Shown here one piece after another: positions 1 to 6,969 of a DNA stretch of 20,964 nt (its first letter is position 1; the number at the start of each line of letters is the position of its first letter). This stretch comes from Polyangiaceae bacterium (lineage in GTDB: Bacteria; Myxococcota_A; Polyangia; Polyangiales; Polyangiaceae): NCBI GenBank assembly GCA_044222475.1, contig JBGANF010000137.1, positions 1-20,964 on the forward strand. The letters are read 5' to 3'. The notes beneath the pieces are model-generated. The model saw only the letters and a program-made list of their open reading frames with translations, made no database searches and was not told the origin of the DNA. A program made the position numbers and the translations under genes.

Positions 1-9
1 TGCCCCGAT

Positions 10-92
10 GCGGAAGATTCGCGCCAAGCGCTCGCGTTGCGGACTCGGCGCACCGTCGGCGTACTCCGTTGCGCTTGTCACGAATCTTCCGC
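10..92. repeat. Long imperfect inverted repeat (22-bp arms, 39-nt spacer) immediately upstream of the DUF559 ribosome-binding site
   Basis: GCGGAAGATTCGCGCCAAGCGC (10-31) matches the reverse complement of GCGCTTGTCACGAATCTTCCGC (71-92) at 20/22. TGCCCC (1-6) can additionally pair with GGGGCA (98-103). Confidence 0.85.
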
Positions 93-102
93 GGGAGGGG
101 GC

Positions 103-447
103 ATGACCTCACCGCTCGCCCCTTCGCTGTTCACTCTCACGGAATTCGCTCGGCAGCATCGCAAGGAGGCGCTCATGTGGAACGCGCTTCGTGACCGGCG
201 CTTCCGCGGCATCAAGTTCCGTCGTCAGCACGTGCTTCATCCTTTCATCGTCGACTTCTACGCCCCCTCGCTGAAGCTCGTCGTCGAAGTCGACGGCGGC
301 TAGCACGCGGCTCGCTTGGCCCAAGACGCCGCTCGCGACGCAGAGCTCACGCGCCTCCATGGAGTCCGTGTCATCCGACTCGACGCGTCTCGCGTCGAGC
401 GCGATCTGGGTCGCACCCTCGCAGTGCTCGCGACCGCTTGCCGCTGA
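103..447 (+). pseudogene. DUF559 / Vsr-like PD-(D/E)xK endonuclease interrupted by an in-frame TAG
   Basis: GGGAGG RBS at 93-98 and ATG at 103. The translation EALMWNALRDRRFRGIKFRRQHVLHPFIVDFYAPSLKLVVEVDGG*HAARLAQDAARDAELTRLHGVRVIRL matches the DUF559 pattern (FRRQ..I.DF...L.IE.DG..H......D..RD..L...G..V.R) on both sides of TAG 301-303. The frame ends at TGA 445-447. Confidence 0.85.
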
Positions 448-511
448 GCACGGTGCGACGTCCGCGAACTTCGCCCGCAGCGGACCTCCGTCTGGTAATC
501 CTGATCATCGG

Positions 512-1108
512 ATGAAGCTCGAAGCGGTGGTGCCAGTGCTTCGGCGCCTCGGTTTTCGGAAGCGAGCCGGGCACATCTTCACGATGGATCTCGCCCCGGG
601 GGTTCTCGGATGGCTAGGGCTCAACCGAGCAACGCGCCATCGAGCCCGCGGCGAGGTCGAAGTGAACCCCGTCGTTGGCGTCAGGTTCCAAGAGATCGAG
701 CGAGTGGTACAGGAGTGTCGGAGCGCGAAGTTCCACCCGTACGTTCCGCCGACGACGTCGAGTCCGCTGGGCTATCTGATGCCAGAGCGCCGCTACAAGG
801 CGTGGATCTTCGTCGAGGGTAGTGGCGAGCGTTCCGTCGCGGAAGACATGGGAGCGGCGATCGATGCGTACGGCGTTCCGTTCATGCGATCCGTGGCAGA
901 CCTACGTTCACTTCGTCGGCGGATGGACGAGCGCTCCGGGTTCGAACATCAGAACGCCTACTGCCGACCCGTGGCCGCCCTATTGGCCGGCGATGCGACG
1001 GAGGCGGGCGCACGACTCGACGAGGAGCTGGAAGCGCTCGGCACGCGAAGCGACCCGGCGGCGACGGACTTCCGCTCGTTTGCGAGCGCGCTCCGCAAAC
1101 GACTCTAG
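512..1108 (+). CDS. Hypothetical protein (198 aa), loosely DUF4304-like
   Basis: Globular-looking ORF from ATG 512 (MKLEAVVPVLRRLGFRKRAGHIFT...). The 359-511 extension in the ORF track overlaps the DUF559 pseudogene and is unlikely. Codons are less GC3-biased (CTA, GTA, CGA, CTT) than in downstream genes. Confidence 0.7.
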   Translation: MKLEAVVPVLRRLGFRKRAGHIFTMDLAPGVLGWLGLNRATRHRARGEVEVNPVVGVRFQEIERVVQECRSAKFHPYVPPTTSSPLGYLMPERRYKAWIFVEGSGERSVAEDMGAAIDAYGVPFMRSVADLRSLRRRMDERSGFEHQNAYCRPVAALLAGDATEAGARLDEELEALGTRSDPAATDFRSFASALRKRL

Positions 1109-1119
1109 CGACACGTGAT

Positions 1120-1333
1120 GGGAGCGCTGGGCTCCCGCCACGCGCAAGCGGGCGCGCGCAGCATTTCGCTGCGCATTCGTTGTCCCAGGATGGTACCGAG
1201 CGCATGGCGTGCGCAGCGAAATGGCGCGCTTCGCGATACCCGAAGGGGTGCGAGCACGCCGCCGAGCATGGCGGGGAGAGCCCCGCGTGTCCTCGGTGGG
1301 GGGCACCGCTTTCCCCCTCTCTCCGCGAAGCGG
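1120..1333. repeat. Structured intergenic region between convergent genes, REP/REPIN-like or a bidirectional terminator
   Basis: Perfect 14-bp inverted repeat CATTTCGCTGCGCA (1162-1175) / TGCGCAGCGAAATG (1210-1223). The left arm also lies in its own palindrome GCGCAGC-ATTTC-GCTGCGC. Further hairpins: GGGAGC-N5-GCTCCC (1120-1136), GCGGGG-AGAG-CCCCGC (1271-1286), CGGTG-N5-CACCG (1294-1308). Confidence 0.7.
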
Positions 1334-1340
1334 CTCTCGC

Positions 1341-1712
1341 TCAGTCCTTCTTCTCGGTCTTCTTCGCGTCGGCCGTCTCGGCCTTCGGCTCTTCCTTCGC
1401 CTCGGCCTTCGGCTCTTCGCTCTTTTCTTCGGCCTTCGGCTCGTCCTTCGGCTCTTCGGCCTTCGGCTCGTCCTTCGGCTCTTCGGCCTTCGGTTCTTCC
1501 TTCGCCTCGGCCTTCGGCTCTTCGCTCTTCTCTTCGGCCTCGGGCTCTTCCGGCGGCGGCTCCGGCGGCTCCGGGAACAGCGCTCTCGGCCGTACCGGCG
1601 TCTTCAGGAACACCCAAGCGACCCACGCGATCAGCCCTCCGACCACCACCATCGCCGTACGAAACAGCGCGGTCGGCTCGACGGGAAGCGTGGGCGGCAG
1701 CGGATCGATCAT
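1341..1712 (-). CDS. Small single-pass membrane protein with Pro-rich hinge and acidic EEPKA repeat tail
   Basis: TM segment AMVVVGGLIAWVAWVFL, then PEPPEPPPEE and EEPKAE/EPKDE repeats. Host-like codon usage. Starts 18 nt after the FKBP stop. Confidence 0.8.
   Translation of the reverse strand: MIDPLPPTLPVEPTALFRTAMVVVGGLIAWVAWVFLKTPVRPRALFPEPPEPPPEEPEAEEKSEEPKAEAKEEPKAEEPKDEPKAEEPKDEPKAEEKSEEPKAEAKEEPKAETADAKKTEKKD
1377..1550 (-). repeat. Intragenic nested tandem repeat with A-B-B-A layout
   Basis: Peptide block EEKSEEPKAEAKEEPKAE occurs twice, flanking two copies of EPKDEPKAE. DNA is built from CTTCGGC-rich units on the + strand. Confidence 0.85.
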
Positions 1713-1730
1713 CGCGGTGGCGAACCTACC

Positions 1731-2195
1731 TCAGTTCATGAACTCGAGCAGCTCGATGTCGAACTTGAGCCCCGCATCACCCGGGATGTCTCCCGAGCCC
1801 GCCTTCCCGTAGCCGAGCTCCGACGGGATCGTCAGCTTCCGCTGCCCGCCCTTCTTCATCCCGACGACGCCCTGGCTCCAACCCGGGATCACGCCCTGCC
1901 CCACCGTGAAGTCGAACGGCTGCTTCCCCGGATCGCGCGAGCTGTCGAACTTGCGGCCGTTCATCAGCGTGCCCGTGTAGTGCACCTTGATGTGATCGCC
2001 GGTCTTCACCGCGCGGTCGCCGGTGCCGACCTTCACGTCTTCGATCATCAGCTCTTTCGGCCCCGGCGGCAGCGGCTCACCGGTGGTCGGCTTGAACGCG
2101 CTGGAGCCCGGCTCGTCGACCTTCTTCGAGCACGCGGGCACGGACGACAGAAGCACGGCGAAAACGAGGACAGGGATCGCGTGACCAGTTCGCAT
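1731..2195 (-). CDS. FKBP-type peptidyl-prolyl cis-trans isomerase, lipoprotein
   Basis: FKBP motifs VHYTGTL.NG.KFDSS, PF.F..G.GVIPGW..G..GM..GG.RKL.IP..LGYG and L.FDIELL. Signal peptide with lipobox VPAC. ATG at 2195 preferred. Confidence 0.95.
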   Translation of the reverse strand: MRTGHAIPVLVFAVLLSSVPACSKKVDEPGSSAFKPTTGEPLPPGPKELMIEDVKVGTGDRAVKTGDHIKVHYTGTLMNGRKFDSSRDPGKQPFDFTVGQGVIPGWSQGVVGMKKGGQRKLTIPSELGYGKAGSGDIPGDAGLKFDIELLEFMN

Positions 2196-2237
2196 GAAGC
2201 CGACGATCAAGCACGAAGGCTCGAAGATGGGAAGTGG

Positions 2238-3722
2238 TCACGGGCCCGACGGGGCGGGCGCGGGCGCGCTCGCCGTGCCGTTCGCCGTGCTCGCGCCGGT
2301 CGCAGTGGACGCGCCGGCCGGCGGCGGCAGGCTCGCCCCTAGCTGACCCGCCACGAGCCCGAGGATCGCGTCGATCTGCTCGTGGGACGCCGACAGGTGC
2401 GCCTTCACGAGGTTGCCATCCGACGTGACGTCCACGTTGTTGAGCAACCCGCTCGTCACGAGGCGCACGCCGAACGAGTTCTTCTTGTTGATGGTGTCCT
2501 TCAGCTCGACCGCCGCCGCCGCCGCCGTCGACGCGTCGGGGCAATCGCCCTCGGCGTACACGTCCGCCCCACCGTCCGAGTTCCGCGGCACGACCCACAG
2601 CCGCATCTCGGTGATGCTCTGCGGGATGATCGAGATCGACCCACCCGGCCTCAGCGCGCGCAGGCTCAACGCCTCGCCCGGTCGCGTCTTCGGCGTGATC
2701 GGGTTCGCGACGAGCACCTTCGCGAACTGCGTCGCGTGCGTGGCCGGAACGATCACCGCGACCCCCGGCGACGGCCGCAGGAACACGCGCTCCGCGCGAT
2801 CCGCGTACGCCTTCCACGCCTTCACGCGCGGGACCCCCACGTCGATCGGCCCGCCCTTCGCGTACGTCTTGCTGATCGTCCCGATCGCGCCGTCGACGAT
2901 CGCGTCGGACGTGGAGTAGTGCACGAACACCGCGTCCTTCTCGGTGTCGGCCAGCGACGGCCCCATGATCAGGATCCAATCGCAGTCGCGCATCGGATCG
3001 ATCGTCGAGCCGGTCATGAACTGCTTCCACTGCGGGATCGCCCCGAGGATCGGCGCGAGGCGCGACGCGGTCGGGTGCGTCTTGATCACCGCCATGTTCA
3101 CGAAGACCGTCACGTTGTTCGGCCCGGCGGACACGCTCGCCGCACCGCCGAGGATCGCCTGCGGATCGCGACCGCTCACCCCAGCCGGTCCGCCGTCGAC
3201 TCCGCCGAGCGCGATGCCCGCCTCGTCGAGCAGGGTCGCGGCGTCCGTCGAGCCGTCCGTCGTCGACGCCTCGAGCGCGCCGCCGTCGCCCATCGCCATG
3301 AGCGCGCTCGCGTCCTCGCGCGGCGCCGCGTCGTGCATCGCCGCATCGACCCCTCCGTCGCGCCCGATCCCCGGCACCGGCGGCGCGTTTCCGCCGGTGG
3401 CGGTGGGCGGCGGCTCCGGGTTCTTCGGCGGGAGGTCTTCGATCCCGCCCACGATCGTGTCGATGGGGATGGTGAGCTCGCCGTCCTGATCCTTGATCTC
3501 GATGTCGGGCCCGCCGGGCAGCAGGGAGAACGGCCCCACCGACCAGTGCACGACGATCGAGAGCACGATGGCCAGCGCCACCGGCAGGCGCTTGGTGCGC
3601 CAGAACCGGGCCGGGCCCGTCTTCCCGTCTTCGGGGGCTACTGGCGGGGTCGCGTGGGGTGCGGTCGGAGCAGTCGCCGCAGCGCCGTCCGGCAACCCCC
3701 CTACCCGTGTGCGTTCAACCAC
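2238..3722 (-). CDS. Hypothetical membrane-anchored protein with Pro/DAG-rich linker and globular C-terminal domain
   Basis: 494-aa ORF with host-like codons, one TM (LPVALAIVLSIVVHWSV), a low-complexity linker, then about 270 aa of alpha/beta sequence. Start codon uncertain. Confidence 0.8.
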   Translation of the reverse strand: MVERTRVGGLPDGAAATAPTAPHATPPVAPEDGKTGPARFWRTKRLPVALAIVLSIVVHWSVGPFSLLPGGPDIEIKDQDGELTIPIDTIVGGIEDLPPKNPEPPPTATGGNAPPVPGIGRDGGVDAAMHDAAPREDASALMAMGDGGALEASTTDGSTDAATLLDEAGIALGGVDGGPAGVSGRDPQAILGGAASVSAGPNNVTVFVNMAVIKTHPTASRLAPILGAIPQWKQFMTGSTIDPMRDCDWILIMGPSLADTEKDAVFVHYSTSDAIVDGAIGTISKTYAKGGPIDVGVPRVKAWKAYADRAERVFLRPSPGVAVIVPATHATQFAKVLVANPITPKTRPGEALSLRALRPGGSISIIPQSITEMRLWVVPRNSDGGADVYAEGDCPDASTAAAAAVELKDTINKKNSFGVRLVTSGLLNNVDVTSDGNLVKAHLSASHEQIDAILGLVAGQLGASLPPPAGASTATGASTANGTASAPAPAPSGP

Positions 3723-3932
3723 GTTCGCCTCGACGACTTTCCACAGTTGGACGGACGGCGCCCGCCGAAGCTTCCTTCATTTTCGCGGTCTTGTCGCCTG
3801 ATCCCTGGTTCGGCCACCCCGGCATGGACCTCGCAACTGGCCAGGACCATGGGTAAAGCTCCGAGGGTGGCTCAGGAAGGCCGGAAACTGGATCGACAGG
3901 GGGGTCCACGGGTACTAAACGAACGGTCCCCC

Positions 3933-5636
3933 ATGTGGCCTACCCGGTTGCTCCTCGGCCTCTCGGCCCTGTCCCTCCTCTCCGCCGCCTGCAGCGCGTG
4001 CGGTGAGACGCGGGCAGAGGGCACGGCTCCGGTCGCCAGCGGAAAGACCGCGGCGGTACCGGTCGACGGGGCGATCGTCGACGGAGGCGCGGCCGCGGTC
4101 GAGATCTCCGACGCGGCCGTCCCCTACGAGGGTCCGTACCTCTACGCGCTCTTCATGATGACCCCGGTCATGAGCGAGATGGCGTTCCCCACGAAGGAAC
4201 AAGAAGAGAAGCGCCGCAACAACAAGCCCGAGAAGGGCGCGCCCACTCGCATCGGCTACCTGCGCCAAGGCGCGAAGGTCCCCGTCATCGCCGAGGCGCA
4301 CAAGACCGACAAATGCCCGGAGGGCTGGTACGAGCTCTACTACGGCGGGTTCGTCTGCGGCCGGTACGCCACGCTCGACGCGAACCACCCGCGCGTGAAA
4401 TCGGGACCGCACGCCCCGTGGTTCGATCAGCCGCTCCCGTACCAGTACGCGTACAACGTCGCGAACGGCACGCCGCTGTACCGCACGGTTCCGCCGAAGG
4501 AAGATCGCCTCGTCTACGAGCCTTGGCTCGTCAAGAAGCCCAAGCTCGACACGAACAACCCGTACGACGACATGCTGCTCGACGCAGGGCTCTCCGCCGT
4601 GCAGGGCGACCCGTGGGCCGACGACGACGCGGGCACGCCCTGGTACCTCCGCGACTGGGACGGCGGAAAACCGCAGGTCACCCTCGACGACCTCAAGGGC
4701 GACGGCCCGATCGTTCGGCGCATGGTGAAGGGCTTCTACGTCGCGCTCGACAGCGAGTACGAAGACCCGACGCAGAAGACGAAGTGGTGGAAGACCACCG
4801 GCGGCTTCCTCGCCCCGAAGGACCGCATGTTCCTGCCGAAGGCGCCGACCGACTTCCACGGCGTGTGGCTCGGCGAAGCGGCCACCGGCGCCCCGGCGTG
4901 GCCGCCGGCGATCGCCCAGCCCGACGGCGGCCAGCCCTCGTACTGGATCCCCAACCCGCCGACCAAGCTCCCGGTGGCGTTCCTCCTCAACTCGCGAACC
5001 AAGAAGTACTCCCTGAGCGAGGATCACAAGAAAGCGACCGCCGGCGATCCGATCTCGCGCTTCACCCCGGTCGGCCTCACCGGCACGACGGCGAACATCG
5101 GCGGCACGACCTACATGGAGACGGTCGATGGTTGGTGGCTCCGCCACGTCGACGGCGTCGCGGTGAACCCCGGCCCGATGCCGAAGGATCTCGCTCCCGG
5201 CGAGAAGTGGATCGACGTCAACCTCACGACGCAGTCCCTCGTCGCGTTCGTCGGCGACAAGCCCGTCTACGCGACGCTCGTCTCGACCGGCAAGGTCGAC
5301 AAGGTCAACAAAGAGAAGAACCACGAGACGCCGAAGGGCAGCTTCCGCATCCGCGAGAAGCACGTCGCAGCCACGATGGACGGCGACGTCGCGAGCGACG
5401 GTCCGTACTCGATCGAGGACGTCCCGTGGATCATGTACTTCAACGGGAGCTACGCGCTGCACGGCGCGTTCTGGCACTCGAACTTCGGGCACACGCAGAG
5501 CCACGGCTGCGTGAACCTCTCCCCCGACGACGCGCGCGCGCTGTTCGCCTGGACCGAGCCGCACCTCCCCGAGGGCTGGCACGGAGTCTGGGCCACCGAC
5601 GAGCATCCTGGGACTCGCGTCATCGTTCACGACTGA
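3933..5636 (+). CDS. L,D-transpeptidase (YkuD/ErfK family), probable lipoprotein
   Basis: C-terminal WIDVNL..Q.L, VSTGK, TPKGSF and the catalytic motif HGAFWHSNFGHTQSHGCVNL. Signal MWPTRLLLGLSALSLLSAAC. The N-terminal region has a C..GWY....GGFVC segment. Alternative ATG at 3849. Confidence 0.93.
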   Translation: MWPTRLLLGLSALSLLSAACSACGETRAEGTAPVASGKTAAVPVDGAIVDGGAAAVEISDAAVPYEGPYLYALFMMTPVMSEMAFPTKEQEEKRRNNKPEKGAPTRIGYLRQGAKVPVIAEAHKTDKCPEGWYELYYGGFVCGRYATLDANHPRVKSGPHAPWFDQPLPYQYAYNVANGTPLYRTVPPKEDRLVYEPWLVKKPKLDTNNPYDDMLLDAGLSAVQGDPWADDDAGTPWYLRDWDGGKPQVTLDDLKGDGPIVRRMVKGFYVALDSEYEDPTQKTKWWKTTGGFLAPKDRMFLPKAPTDFHGVWLGEAATGAPAWPPAIAQPDGGQPSYWIPNPPTKLPVAFLLNSRTKKYSLSEDHKKATAGDPISRFTPVGLTGTTANIGGTTYMETVDGWWLRHVDGVAVNPGPMPKDLAPGEKWIDVNLTTQSLVAFVGDKPVYATLVSTGKVDKVNKEKNHETPKGSFRIREKHVAATMDGDVASDGPYSIEDVPWIMYFNGSYALHGAFWHSNFGHTQSHGCVNLSPDDARALFAWTEPHLPEGWHGVWATDEHPGTRVIVHD

Positions 5637-5649
5637 GTAGAAAGGCCGG

Positions 5650-6876
5650 ATGGCGGAGAGGCGCGTTTCGGAGCGAGCGATCCTCCTGCTCGTGGGCGCC
5701 GTTCAGTTCGTCAACATCCTCGACTTCATGATCCTCGCGCCGCTCGGGCCGCGAGTCGCGAAGGAGCTCGGGATGCTGGAGTCGCAGCTGCCCGACGCGA
5801 CCGCCGCGTACACGTTCGCCGGTGGCGTCGCCGGGATCGTCGGTTCGTTCTTCCTCGATCGGTTCGAGCGACGGCGCGCGCTCACCATCGCCGCGCTCGG
5901 GCTCGCGGCAGGCACGGCGGCGGGCGGTCTCGCGACCGATCTGACGACGCTGGTGCTGGCGCGCATGCTCGCGGGCCTGTTCGGTGGGCCCGCGACATCG
6001 CTCGCGATCGCCGTCATCTCCGACGTCATCCCGCCGGAGCGCCGCGGGCGCGCGATGGGCGCGATCATGGGTGCGTTCGCGGCGGCGTCCGTCCTCGGCG
6101 TGCCGATGGGGATCCTCCTCGCCGAGCACGGCGGCTTCCGCGTTCCCCTCTTCGTCGTGGCCGGCATGGGCGTGGTCGTCGCCGCCGCGTCGTGGGCGTT
6201 CCTGCCGAACCTGCGGGACCACCTCGACGGCCCCGCCGCGCACCACCCGAGCGGCTACCTCGAGATGCTGCGCCGACCGGCGGTGGTCACGTCGTACCTC
6301 ATGACGGCCGCGCTCAACGGCAGCTTCTTCGCCCTCGTGCCGAACATCTCGACCTACACGCTGAACAACCTGCGGTTGCCGGAGCCGCAGCTCAAGTGGA
6401 TGTACCTCGCCGGCGGTCTCGTGAGCCTCGTCACCGCGCGCGTCGCCGGTCGCTTCGTCGATCGCGTCGGCGCGTTCCGCATCGGCACGTTCGGCACGTT
6501 GCTCCAGATGATCGTCGTGTACGTCAGCTTCGCGACCGCGCTGCTCCCGATCGCCGGCGCGTTCCTCGCGAGCATGTACGGGATGTTCACCGCGTTCATG
6601 TTCTCGAACAGCGTGCGCGCGGTCGCGCTCGGCACGCTCACGAGCCGCGTGCCGCACCCCGACGAGCGCGCGCGCTTCCAGTCGCTGCAATCGTCGGTGC
6701 AGCACCTCTCGTCCGCCGCCGGCGCGTCGTTGTCCGCGCGACTCCTCTCCACGAGCGCCAGCCACGAGCTGGTCGGGTTCCCTCGCGTCGCGTACGTCGC
6801 GCTCGCCGGCGCCGCGGTGCTGCCGTTCCTCATGGCGCGCGTCGAGCGGCTCGTGGCGCGCGACGCGAAGGCCTGA
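5650..6876 (+). CDS. Major facilitator superfamily transporter (DHA1-like efflux type)
   Basis: About 12 hydrophobic segments. Motif A-like GSFFLDRFERRRAL and GRFVDRVGAFR, plus DVIPPERRGRAMG. AAGG RBS; starts 13 nt after the L,D-transpeptidase stop. Confidence 0.93.
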   Translation: MAERRVSERAILLLVGAVQFVNILDFMILAPLGPRVAKELGMLESQLPDATAAYTFAGGVAGIVGSFFLDRFERRRALTIAALGLAAGTAAGGLATDLTTLVLARMLAGLFGGPATSLAIAVISDVIPPERRGRAMGAIMGAFAAASVLGVPMGILLAEHGGFRVPLFVVAGMGVVVAAASWAFLPNLRDHLDGPAAHHPSGYLEMLRRPAVVTSYLMTAALNGSFFALVPNISTYTLNNLRLPEPQLKWMYLAGGLVSLVTARVAGRFVDRVGAFRIGTFGTLLQMIVVYVSFATALLPIAGAFLASMYGMFTAFMFSNSVRAVALGTLTSRVPHPDERARFQSLQSSVQHLSSAAGASLSARLLSTSASHELVGFPRVAYVALAGAAVLPFLMARVERLVARDAKA

Positions 6877-6942
6877 CGCAATCCGTGCGCGCCGCGCAGC
6901 GCGTGCGCATCGCGGCGAGACGGACGCGCGAAAAACGCCGAA

Positions 6943-6958
6943 CGGCACGCTCACTGCT
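6943..6958 (+). promoter_or_regulatory. Putative sigma54 (-24/-12) promoter of the multiheme cytochrome
   Basis: CGGCACG-CTCA-CTGCT versus consensus TGGCACG-N4-TTGCW. GG at 6944-6945 and GC at 6956-6957 are spaced by exactly 10 nt. The predicted start site falls at about the ATG (6970). Confidence 0.55.
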
Positions 6959-6969
6959 TGCGGTGAGCC

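Noticed and set aside
301..303. Amber recoding or pyrrolysine read-through in the DUF559 gene
   Set aside because: TAG is used as an ordinary stop elsewhere (1106-1108, 9761-9763, 11186-11188) and no pyl genes are present. A nonsense mutation is simpler.
1105..1340. Integron attC site after the orphan gene
   Set aside because: There are no RYYYAAC / GTTRRRY core boxes bounding the inverted repeat and no integrase in the window.
3820..3835. sigma54-like CGGCATGGACCTCGCA upstream of the L,D-transpeptidase
   Set aside because: Spacing is correct, but several consensus positions mismatch and such matches arise easily in GC-rich DNA. Not supported enough to list as a feature.
2382..3932. 1084-aa version of the L,D-transpeptidase
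   Set aside because: The extension is Arg-rich antisense shadow of the 2238-3722 gene. A proper signal peptide begins at ATG 3933.
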